Positions 17,385 through 26,312 of a stretch of DNA of 44,447 nucleotides are shown here, piece after piece. The stretch is taken from positions 1-44,447 of the IMG/VR virus record IMGVR_UViG_3300025103_000045, one strand, 5' to 3'. The position numbers and the translations under genes were made by a program. Under the pieces are notes generated by a model that searched no databases, was not told the origin of the DNA, and saw only the letters and a list, made by a program, of their open reading frames with translations. How positions within the stretch are numbered: the stretch's first letter is position 1; every line of letters starts with the position of its first letter. This DNA is from a virus. Its lineage: Duplodnaviria; Caudoviricetes.

Positions 17385-20300
17385 TTAGCTTATTCCTAAA
17401 TTAAAACTACAGTTAGCTACTGTAGTTGTATTAGCTGTATTTGTTAAAACGTCACTAAATTCGCTTGTATCTGCTACAAAAGCAACATAATATGTTGTGT
17501 TGGAAGTCAATCCTGTAGCTGTGTATGACGGTGTAAAAGTTGCATTAGTACTCGTTTGTATTGTATATAAGGTATTAGAAGTGGCTGTTGAATTTGTACC
17601 AAAATAAATTTTATAAGTAACCGATAGCCCAGATTCGTTTTTAAATGCTGCTTGAGCCGTTAAAGAAGTTTGAGTAACATTACTAAATGTTGGTTGAGCT
17701 GTAACTTCTGGTGGTAAATCATCTGCGGTATAACTATTTAATTGCCCTAATCCTTGTATTGAAAATTCTTTTGAATCTAAATCACTCAGCGTTGTATCAA
17801 CCCCTGACGTATTTGCAAACCATTTTCCTTCTTTATCTTTAAATTCAATAATTTTACCAGATTGCAAATCAGTTTCTATGGTATCTACTTGCCAGCCTTT
17901 TTTACTACCTATTTTAGCTTGACTGCCTTCATAATATATTGTTTTAAAATTCTTAACAGTAGAAGGCTCATCATTCATTATTATTTGAATTCCTGAACTG
18001 TACTGAACATCATAAAATAAATTTCTTACCACCCCTGGGTGATGATGCTTGTATAAGTTACCTGAGTTAAAACTATAAAGCTCCCCGTTTATAGACAGTC
18101 CTGCTTTTATTACAAATCCTAATCTTGAAACCCATCCATCAACATCTTCTTTAAACGATATACTTTCTATTTTATCAACGTCAGCATTGTCAAAAGATAT
18201 TATATATTGATCTGAATATGCGTCAAAAGTACCGACTATAGGCAAAGCCTGAGCATTTAATAAAGATCTAAAATAAGATTTCATACCTTTATTTGATATT
18301 ACTGTTAGCCCATCATTTGATAATCTTAATATTGCGTTTCTTGATTTATCTGAAAAATAAATTCTACTTCCATTTGTTGCAAAAGATTCAGGGTCTTTTG
18401 AAATACCATATTCTCCGCCATAAGGCACAGCTTGCCCTAATACATTATTAGTTGAAACTAAATTAACATTGCCATCTGCGTTGAACAAAGCATCTTTATT
18501 CGCTAATACCCTTAACACTTTATCTTCACAGAATGCTATTAAATCTGTATTTCTTGCGTGCAGTTTTTGTATTGAGCCATACTCTGTATTTAATTCTTTA
18601 GTTATTTTTTCTGCAGTATTAAACTCATTTAAGTTATTAACATCGTTTCTTGAATTATATAATCCAGAATATATTAAACCTGATTTATTTGTTTTTTCCC
18701 TAAACGGGCTATCTATAGTAGTCGATGCTTTAACTTGTGCGCTTACAAAATCTTCATTAAAATCATCTTTAATTCTATTTGCTTCTACACCATCCCCAAA
18801 ATCAAAAGCATTATACCAGCTTAAACTTTTAACTGAATTGTATTGTGAAATAGGAAATGAATCACTTATTTCGTAATATATATCTAATATATTTTCATCA
18901 GGCACCGTTTCAAATATAGCGGGCCCAGAACCTGTTCCACTAGGTGCTTGTACTGAGGTGTAACATATAAAAAATTTATCAGGGTAGTCTGTATTTGTAT
19001 TTTTAAAATATATTACATCTAAGACACCTGTGCTATCTTGAAAATTTGTTGAATTTATAACAGCCCAATCGCTTGATTGTGAATTATCACACGTTGGCCT
19101 TTGGTTAAAAGTATGGCTTGATCCTAAAAAATTATTTGTTATAGTATAATTTACAGAAACCGAGTCTTCTACCTCTATTATTTTACCATCTTTAAAATAA
19201 TATCTATATCTTTTTTGTAATGTTGAACTATCCGCTACAGCATATTGCCCTAAATATAATGCGTTAGTAGGCTCCGTGTATATGGGCCCAACCCAGTTAG
19301 AACTTAAACTATTTATTTCTGAATTACCCGAAATACCACCACCTTGTGATATAGTTTCTTCTGTAAGATTATCATCTTTTTTTACTTTAATAAAAAACCT
19401 ACCATCTGTAGAAACAGATCCTGGATCGTTAATTGTAGTTGGAACACTGTCGGATATATCAAGTATTTTGTATTTTGATATAGTTGGCACTAATCCACCA
19501 TTTGCCGCTTTTTTTAAAGCAATAGTATCATTTTCTTGTACTTTATTTACTTCGTAACTAGGTACAGAAATCCAAGCATGAGATGTATTTTGATTATCAT
19601 CGTATACGTTTTCAGCAACAAAATTATAATACTCAGCCGCAGAATCTTTTGCGTAAAATTTAAAATGCTTTATTCTTCCACCTCCAGATGGAGCTGTATT
19701 TAACATTTTTATATTTAACTGCTTTGGGGCATTACCTGCAAAAGCTCTTTTTATTAAACCAGTATCATTACTAATAACTGGTGATTGTCTACCATATTCA
19801 TCTTCAAAAGCAATACCTAACTGATACGATCTACCGGATTTAATTGTTCTCCTATCTGTATTATTATTTTTAGGGTCTGAGCCATCTACATCAAGTATCT
19901 TGTCTCTTGTTACAAATTCAGTCTTACTGCTGCCTTGATTGAAATCAGGGCTGTAATCATTTAATTCTATTCCATCTATATAATTACCAAATACTAATCT
20001 ATTACCTACAGTTTCTAAAGACTTTGCTTTATACGGCACATTGTCGTATTGTCTAAACAATTGTTTTTCTGGTATTATAGAATAAACACTCTCTTTAGTT
20101 ATATTTACTGTAATTGCTGAAGAAACACTTGTTATAGTTTTATATATATAAATATTAGAATTATTAGACTCTTTATATATTATATCAATAGAATCTAAAT
20201 TAGAAGGTGTTATATCGAAACCAGTTAATTTTATTTGAGATATATAGTTTAACATTCTGTTGTTAAATCCTTCATCTAAATCATAACCCTTAGCTATATC

Positions 20301-21035
20301 TGGATCAAAAACAGGATCTGTAAAAGGTGAAATAACAGAATATTGACCATTTTTAAATCTCCATCTATACGCAAACCTTACAAATTTATCTTCAAATAAA
20401 GATTTATCAGATGGAGCTGATGTGTGTTTTGTTATAGCAACAGTTGGTGCGGTTATTGGTTTTTTCTTTATAACAGTTATATCCGCTTCTGTAATATCTA
20501 CGCCTGTTGCCCTTTCTGTTGTTTGTGTATAATCAGAATTTTTATATGTGTCATATGTTACAAAATCATCAATATCTATTATTTTAGGTTCGGATCCTAC
20601 AGCACCATCGGTATTATCATAACCATCTGTCCAAGCTAAATTTTTATCAATTATAACTATACCTGTAATTTCATAATCTGGAAAATTTAATATAGCTCCT
20701 GTTAAATCAATAACAACTGGTTTAGTTATATCAGTTGTTGTGTTGTATTCAATAATACCTTGTTTTGCTGATCCTTTTATAAACCAGTAAAATTTATTGT
20801 TCTCTTCATCAGCAATTTTACCTACACATTTAGCATTAGCGCCAAACAAAGCGGTTGTAGATAAATCTTTTAATAATTTATTACCACGTATATTTTGAGC
20901 TGTACCTGCATCACTGTCTTCTGTAGAAGAAACTTGTATATTTAAAGCATCTCTATATTCACCATCAGGCATAAGTCTCTCATCGAGGTCTTTATTCATT
21001 CTTCCACGTAGGAAAGTCTTTTTTATTTCTGGCAT
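17385..21035 (-). CDS. tail stabilization / muzzle protein (crAss-like, P22 gp10-type role) with C-terminal FN3-like domain
   Basis: GRMNKDLDERL, FVRFAYRW, GNRLVFGNY, YGSIQKL, YGISKDPESF and KEFSIQGLG motifs, followed by GLTSNTTYYV (FN3-like). Confidence 0.75.
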   Translation of the reverse strand: MPEIKKTFLRGRMNKDLDERLMPDGEYRDALNIQVSSTEDSDAGTAQNIRGNKLLKDLSTTALFGANAKCVGKIADEENNKFYWFIKGSAKQGIIEYNTTTDITKPVVIDLTGAILNFPDYEITGIVIIDKNLAWTDGYDNTDGAVGSEPKIIDIDDFVTYDTYKNSDYTQTTERATGVDITEADITVIKKKPITAPTVAITKHTSAPSDKSLFEDKFVRFAYRWRFKNGQYSVISPFTDPVFDPDIAKGYDLDEGFNNRMLNYISQIKLTGFDITPSNLDSIDIIYKESNNSNIYIYKTITSVSSAITVNITKESVYSIIPEKQLFRQYDNVPYKAKSLETVGNRLVFGNYIDGIELNDYSPDFNQGSSKTEFVTRDKILDVDGSDPKNNNTDRRTIKSGRSYQLGIAFEDEYGRQSPVISNDTGLIKRAFAGNAPKQLNIKMLNTAPSGGGRIKHFKFYAKDSAAEYYNFVAENVYDDNQNTSHAWISVPSYEVNKVQENDTIALKKAANGGLVPTISKYKILDISDSVPTTINDPGSVSTDGRFFIKVKKDDNLTEETISQGGGISGNSEINSLSSNWVGPIYTEPTNALYLGQYAVADSSTLQKRYRYYFKDGKIIEVEDSVSVNYTITNNFLGSSHTFNQRPTCDNSQSSDWAVINSTNFQDSTGVLDVIYFKNTNTDYPDKFFICYTSVQAPSGTGSGPAIFETVPDENILDIYYEISDSFPISQYNSVKSLSWYNAFDFGDGVEANRIKDDFNEDFVSAQVKASTTIDSPFREKTNKSGLIYSGLYNSRNDVNNLNEFNTAEKITKELNTEYGSIQKLHARNTDLIAFCEDKVLRVLANKDALFNADGNVNLVSTNNVLGQAVPYGGEYGISKDPESFATNGSRIYFSDKSRNAILRLSNDGLTVISNKGMKSYFRSLLNAQALPIVGTFDAYSDQYIISFDNADVDKIESISFKEDVDGWVSRLGFVIKAGLSINGELYSFNSGNLYKHHHPGVVRNLFYDVQYSSGIQIIMNDEPSTVKNFKTIYYEGSQAKIGSKKGWQVDTIETDLQSGKIIEFKDKEGKWFANTSGVDTTLSDLDSKEFSIQGLGQLNSYTADDLPPEVTAQPTFSNVTQTSLTAQAAFKNESGLSVTYKIYFGTNSTATSNTLYTIQTSTNATFTPSYTATGLTSNTTYYVAFVADTSEFSDVLTNTANTTTVANCSFNLGIS

Positions 21036-21038
21036 GTA

Positions 21039-22124
21039 TTAATGTTTAATCTGCTTAGACTTGCCTCTCATTACCTGAGTAAGCTCTTTTAATTTAAGGT
21101 TAGATAATCTTAGCTTAGCATTACGCATCGCTGCTCTTCTATCTCTTCTAAATCTATTTACTATGTATTCTGGAATGTTTGCTTTTGCAGATAATACTGC
21201 ATGAGCTATGTATTTATATATTGCTTCTTCTGCAAGTTTATGTATTTGCATTTCATTATCAGTACCAAGCCCATCTGAAACATATTTTAATGTTATGACT
21301 TTTCCTGCTAAATTACTACTGAATCCAAACTGACCGTTTGCTTCATCTATTATAAATACACCGTTTATTTGTGTAGTTTCTGGGTCTATACCAAATCTTT
21401 TACCTTCACCAAGCATTGCATTTCTATCATTGTCTGAATAAAAGTAATCGGCATTTAATTCTGTAGTTGGTACATTTTTAAATTTTTCTGTAGTTAAGGA
21501 TGTAGCTGTTAATAATGTTTCGTCATTATCATATAAGTATTCAGCTGTATCATCTTGCAGTATTGCTTGTGATGGTCTTGAAGTTATCTTTGAAGGATAT
21601 ATTACTCTTTCTAATCCATCTCCGTCTATCCATGCTAATTGTGTATAATTAACATAATCCTGTGGCATTGGTATTGTAAGTGATGCTCCTACTTCTATTT
21701 CTTGTATTTTTTCAACTCTTGACACATCATAGCTAAACTCTTGTATTGCTCTTTTAGTATGAAACAATACATCAAGTTTTCTTGCATTATCAATGATCTT
21801 ACCATCTCCTACATATGAAACCATAAAGTTGTTTACAATATCATTTAAAGCAATATATCTGTAGCTACCATGCTTTATGTTTTTTAACTTAACTTGTATT
21901 GCTGTTCCATTAGCTGGTGCTGTCGTAAATGTTATTACACCTGTATTAGCTACATAGGTATATTGATCATCATCAATTTCATTTCCTGCTTGATATACTA
22001 TAAAATCATTTTCTATAGCTGGTTTTGGGTCAAATGTAACAGTAAAATTTTTGTTAGAACCGTCACCAGTAAAATTATTAGCTACTGTGTAGTATTCTTT
22101 AGCTGTTTGTGTTATTAGTCCCAT
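21039..22124 (-). CDS. tail ring / tubular protein with inserted fibre-attachment-like domain
   Basis: MPQDYVNY and LKYVSDG motifs; located between the adaptor and muzzle genes. Confidence 0.65.
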   Translation of the reverse strand: MGLITQTAKEYYTVANNFTGDGSNKNFTVTFDPKPAIENDFIVYQAGNEIDDDQYTYVANTGVITFTTAPANGTAIQVKLKNIKHGSYRYIALNDIVNNFMVSYVGDGKIIDNARKLDVLFHTKRAIQEFSYDVSRVEKIQEIEVGASLTIPMPQDYVNYTQLAWIDGDGLERVIYPSKITSRPSQAILQDDTAEYLYDNDETLLTATSLTTEKFKNVPTTELNADYFYSDNDRNAMLGEGKRFGIDPETTQINGVFIIDEANGQFGFSSNLAGKVITLKYVSDGLGTDNEMQIHKLAEEAIYKYIAHAVLSAKANIPEYIVNRFRRDRRAAMRNAKLRLSNLKLKELTQVMRGKSKQIKH

Positions 22125-22127
22125 TTA

Positions 22128-22832
22128 TTAAGATTTTTCTTGTGTTATTTTTTTTGTTTCTTTTGCATCTGCTAATTGAGCTATATTTGGATCTTTAATA
22201 CTTACCCCTGCATATAACAATATTTTTAATACAAGATTTGTTTCTTCTGAATCATGAAGTTCATAATTTTGTGAAGTTCCTGGATTGTATAAAGCGTTAC
22301 CATTTACATTAGTGTAACCCCATACTGCTGTAATTGGTTTTCTTACATAAGTACATGAAGCATTACTAGTTATAGTTGATGGGAATATTTTAACACTCCA
22401 ATCTCCAAATGAGTTATCAATGCTCTGTAAATATACAGGATTATCAATTGTAGGGGATGTGAGTTTAGATAATTGATATTCTAATAAGTTTTTCTTATCA
22501 ATTTCTTCAACAGGAGTTGTGTCATTATATATTAATGTTCCTATTTTATGCAAGTCTGTTGGTAAATTAAATCTATCAGTTGAATATGTTAATGTTGCTG
22601 ATTTTTTAAATTTACTTAACTTTTCATTTATTAACTTTGGTAAGTTAGAATACTCTGTGTCATTTTTAGCTGCTCTGCTGTATTGATTTAAATCAAAAAA
22701 ATACTGCTCGAATATTTCAAGCTGTGCTTGATTCGCAAACAAATTATATTCTTGGGGAGTTACATACCCACGGTTTTCTTTATTAAGAATAGCTAATACT
22801 CTTTGGTATACTGTATCTACGCTAACTGCCAT
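22128..22832 (-). CDS. head-tail adaptor / ring protein
   Basis: LNKENRGYVTPQEYN, FNLPTD and YVRKP motifs; position downstream of the capsid genes. Confidence 0.65.
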   Translation of the reverse strand: MAVSVDTVYQRVLAILNKENRGYVTPQEYNLFANQAQLEIFEQYFFDLNQYSRAAKNDTEYSNLPKLINEKLSKFKKSATLTYSTDRFNLPTDLHKIGTLIYNDTTPVEEIDKKNLLEYQLSKLTSPTIDNPVYLQSIDNSFGDWSVKIFPSTITSNASCTYVRKPITAVWGYTNVNGNALYNPGTSQNYELHDSEETNLVLKILLYAGVSIKDPNIAQLADAKETKKITQEKS

Positions 22833-22847
22833 ATTTTTTATTTATTA

Positions 22848-22880
22848 TAATAATAGCCACCATTACAGTGGCTATCACTA
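22848..22880 (-). terminator. intergenic hairpin (weak terminator or mRNA processing/stability element)
   Basis: Minus strand TAGTGATAGCCAC-TGTAATG-GTGGCTATTATTA. There is no strong U tract. Confidence 0.5.
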
Positions 22881-22890
22881 TAATGAGACT

Positions 22891-23637
22891 TTATTTTAGT
22901 CTTTTTTCAATTGATTTATAAACTTCTAAGCCTTCATCTGTTTTCAAGAAAGCTGTAAAAGCGGAATAAGGATGTTCATCAAATGGAACTGTCATAATTT
23001 TCTTATCAGTTTTTGCCCACTTAAATGTTCTTTGATCTTCAGATAATCTTAATATTCCAAGTTCAGAGGCTTTTAAAGCCATGTTCCTAATATTAATATC
23101 ATCGTCGTTAGCTAGTTCTAAGAAGAGTTGTGGCTCATTCTTAGCAAATAGTAATAGATCTCTTTTAATCTCCTTAGAAGTCATCTTAGATACCTCAGAT
23201 CCAACCTCAGACCTTATAACAGCTTCTGCTTGATCAATATCCATTGATTTTGCCGCCATTAAAGCTTCTATTTCTAATTCAAGTATATCTAAATCATCTT
23301 CTGCTTCCTGTTCTGCATCAAATTCTGCAAATATTTTACCGTTTTGAGGGTGAAATAATGACATTAATTTTTGCAAAGTTTGTTTTTCTTTTGGTACATT
23401 TAATATACCATCTTCAAAAACTATATGACCAAGTCTTGCATCGCCTTTAAATTCATCTACGAAACAAGTTTTTTGGTTTACCGTGTATTTTAGTTCTCTT
23501 TCAAAGCCTTTTTCTTTGTCAAACCAAAATATACTTTTACTTTTAATTGTGTATGTAAGTGGTGATTTTCCACTTATAAGATAGTATGTTCTATCTTTGA
23601 TCTCCCATTTAGGGGCTGTTGTTACTTTTGTTGCCAT
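22891..23637 (-). CDS. conserved capsid-module protein downstream of the major capsid gene
   Basis: 248 aa with an acidic middle. Its position matches the conserved gene after the MCP in crAss-related phages. Confidence 0.6.
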   Translation of the reverse strand: MATKVTTAPKWEIKDRTYYLISGKSPLTYTIKSKSIFWFDKEKGFERELKYTVNQKTCFVDEFKGDARLGHIVFEDGILNVPKEKQTLQKLMSLFHPQNGKIFAEFDAEQEAEDDLDILELEIEALMAAKSMDIDQAEAVIRSEVGSEVSKMTSKEIKRDLLLFAKNEPQLFLELANDDDINIRNMALKASELGILRLSEDQRTFKWAKTDKKIMTVPFDEHPYSAFTAFLKTDEGLEVYKSIEKRLK

Positions 23638-23658
23638 AATATAATAAGATTAAATAAT

Positions 23659-23700
23659 AAAAAAATATAAGAATCCCCGGCCGAAGCCAGGGAAATCTCA
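23659..23700 (-). terminator. intrinsic terminator after the major capsid gene
   Basis: Minus strand TCCCTGGC-TTCG-GCCGGGGA (C(UUCG)G tetraloop) followed by TTCTTATATTTTTTT. Confidence 0.85.
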
Positions 23701-23713
23701 TATTAAATAAGGA

Positions 23714-25123
23714 TTAGTTTAATAACATAAAGTTATTAGCACCTTGTACTACTAAACATCTTTCAGATAAATAGTGTACCTCCATTGCGTCTAGATCAGA
23801 AGTAGTCGCACCACCTACAGAACCTGTAGTCCAAGATTTCATCTTTCTATCATCAGCTTCAGAAGCTCTATATCTGACGTGAAGGAATGGTCTTTTGATG
23901 TTCTTACCTAATGTTTGATCGTAAACTGTTGATGTTCCAGCAGGTACCACTACACCTCTAATGTTAGTGAATGCACCACCTGTTGTAATATCATTTAAGT
24001 ATTTCCAGTCTGTTTTGTAGAAGTCATAAGAACCTCTTCTGAAACCAGAGAAACCTAAATTAAGTGCCATATCTTCGCTGTTTGAGAAAACACCGTAAGA
24101 TGTACCACCTGTACCATAAGAATTTTGAGCCGCTAGCATATCGTCAATGTTTAATGCAACATCTCTGTTTACAAATAACATGTTTTCTTCAATTGCACCT
24201 TGCGTATCTAATTTCTTAAGAATCTCATCGAAGTCAGCTAAATCTTCAGCTGCTGTGTTTCCATCAACACCTGCAGTTACGTGACCTCTATCTTCGATTG
24301 CTGCGAATAAACCTTCAGTACCACCTATTCCAGTAACACCAGCTGCACCTGAGTTTGCAACTGCTAATTCACCTTCTACCATAGACATTTCTAAGTAATC
24401 CTCGAATCTAGTTCTTGTATCACCTTCTGCCTTTAGGTACCATAAGTAACCTGATTGTCCGTTTTCGCCTGTAATTTCAACCCAACCTACTTGAGAAGCA
24501 TCAGATCCTGAAATCTCATACTTATCTTTTAAGATGATTGGTTTGTTTGTAAATGACTTGAAAGATGGCGTTACTGCACCTGTCATACCGTTCGTAGCTT
24601 TTGCAAATTCAGAACCAATAACAAATACTGTTATTACCTCATTAGCTGTAAATGCTGGAGCTGTACTAAATAATGCTTTATCGTATCTTTTAAGCGTAAA
24701 AGTAGTGTTGTCTGCTGCGATTGCTGACACGTATGCGTTAGCAACTTTACCAGATGTAACACCCTTTATTTTTACTGTTTGCCCTACTCTTATTGCGTGA
24801 GTTGCACCTGAAGCATTAATGTTACTTACAACACCTGATGTTGTGTTTAATGCACCTGTGTACGTTAAGTGTAGTCTACCTTGCTCAGACCAAATGATTT
24901 GATCAGAAGTCATAGGCATTTCTGCACCTACCATTCGTAAGAAGCTAGCGATAGATCTGTCTCCATATCTTTCAACTTCTGCTTCGTATAAATCTGGTAA
25001 GTACTGCTGTGACCAATCGTTAGCACCACCTGTAAATGATAGGTAGTTTGTTGCTAGCGTTTGTTTAACTGGAGCTGGTACCGCGTTTAAATTGGTACCA
25101 CCCGTTGGAGTTATTACTGCCAT
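23714..25123 (-). CDS. major capsid protein
   Basis: 469 aa with ERYGDRSIASFLRMVGAEMP, WSEQGRLH and GTEGLFAAI motifs. Biased high-expression codons, follows the scaffold gene, followed by a terminator. Confidence 0.88.
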   Translation of the reverse strand: MAVITPTGGTNLNAVPAPVKQTLATNYLSFTGGANDWSQQYLPDLYEAEVERYGDRSIASFLRMVGAEMPMTSDQIIWSEQGRLHLTYTGALNTTSGVVSNINASGATHAIRVGQTVKIKGVTSGKVANAYVSAIAADNTTFTLKRYDKALFSTAPAFTANEVITVFVIGSEFAKATNGMTGAVTPSFKSFTNKPIILKDKYEISGSDASQVGWVEITGENGQSGYLWYLKAEGDTRTRFEDYLEMSMVEGELAVANSGAAGVTGIGGTEGLFAAIEDRGHVTAGVDGNTAAEDLADFDEILKKLDTQGAIEENMLFVNRDVALNIDDMLAAQNSYGTGGTSYGVFSNSEDMALNLGFSGFRRGSYDFYKTDWKYLNDITTGGAFTNIRGVVVPAGTSTVYDQTLGKNIKRPFLHVRYRASEADDRKMKSWTTGSVGGATTSDLDAMEVHYLSERCLVVQGANNFMLLN

Positions 25124-25143
25124 TTTTATTTATTTTTTTAAAG

Positions 25144-26280
25144 TTATTTTCTAAGTTTAATTTTTAACTTTGAACTATCATCCCCAGAAATTGCTCTTAT
25201 TTTTACTCCCCCAGTTTCAACTGTGCCAGTTTTACGCGGATCCATATTTATATTTTTTGAATCTGCATTTAACTGTTTTATAGCATCAGCTTTACCTTGT
25301 TCGTAAAAATGATTTGCAACTGCATCTGCATTGTCTGCAACGAAGAGTGCTTTATGATAACCTTTAGCGTCTTGTAACATATTATCTTTATTGATATACT
25401 TATCTAATACGTTTAATATATTTGCTTGCTTATCTAAAACTTTTTGTTTATCATTAACATTGTATCTATACTTTTTGTCTCCCACTTCAAATTCAAAACC
25501 TTTGAAATTGTCATTGAAAACTTTTTTAGATTCATTATTAAAATGATTCACTTGCTCATCTTGTAGCTTTGCTTGTTCTGATTGTTCAGAGTTGTAAGTA
25601 TTGAAAAACTCAATTGCTTTTTGTTGATCATCGGTTAACTTAGAACCCAACTTGACTTCTTTGTAATATTGGTCCTTTAATCCTTCTAAATAGCTTTTGG
25701 CTTTTGCAATTTCTTCTTTATAAGCGAGTTTTTTACGCTTAATATCTCTTTGTTCATCAACTTCCTCATCAACTGAAAAATTATCATCAATTAAAAAATC
25801 AATTTCATCTTTAGTAAGATGTGATTTAGTTTGATTATAATATTGATACAACAAAGTAGATTCATCGATGTTAGAATAATCTTGATTAATTTTTACATAA
25901 TCTTCTAACGTTCCACCAGTCTCATTTATAAAGTCTACAACTTTTTGAATGTTTTCTGGTAATTCTATTCCTGTGTCTTGTGAGGTTTGTACAGCTTCTT
26001 CTACTTTGTCTTGTAAATCCTGTACTTCCTCTTTAGGTTCCTCTTTTGTTTCTTCTTCAATTACCTCTTCTAAGGTTAATTGAGTTTCTTCTTGAACCTC
26101 TTCAGTAACCTTTTCTTCTTGAACAGGTTCTGTTTCTTGTTCTACCGGTTTGCTTAAATCAACTTTATACATACCGTCTTCGGTTTTACCCGTGTCTTGT
26201 CCTGCTGCTTCAAGTACTTTTTCTTCCTTTTCTGCAGCAGTTGGTGTTTCGTCAACTACGACGTCTTTGTTTTCTTCCAT
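25144..26280 (-). CDS. capsid scaffolding protein
   Basis: Very acidic disordered N-terminus plus coiled coil; located between portal and MCP. Confidence 0.75.
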   Translation of the reverse strand: MEENKDVVVDETPTAAEKEEKVLEAAGQDTGKTEDGMYKVDLSKPVEQETEPVQEEKVTEEVQEETQLTLEEVIEEETKEEPKEEVQDLQDKVEEAVQTSQDTGIELPENIQKVVDFINETGGTLEDYVKINQDYSNIDESTLLYQYYNQTKSHLTKDEIDFLIDDNFSVDEEVDEQRDIKRKKLAYKEEIAKAKSYLEGLKDQYYKEVKLGSKLTDDQQKAIEFFNTYNSEQSEQAKLQDEQVNHFNNESKKVFNDNFKGFEFEVGDKKYRYNVNDKQKVLDKQANILNVLDKYINKDNMLQDAKGYHKALFVADNADAVANHFYEQGKADAIKQLNADSKNINMDPRKTGTVETGGVKIRAISGDDSSKLKIKLRK

Positions 26281-26312
26281 GATAAAATATTATAAAAATG
26301 TGTTTGCAGTTT

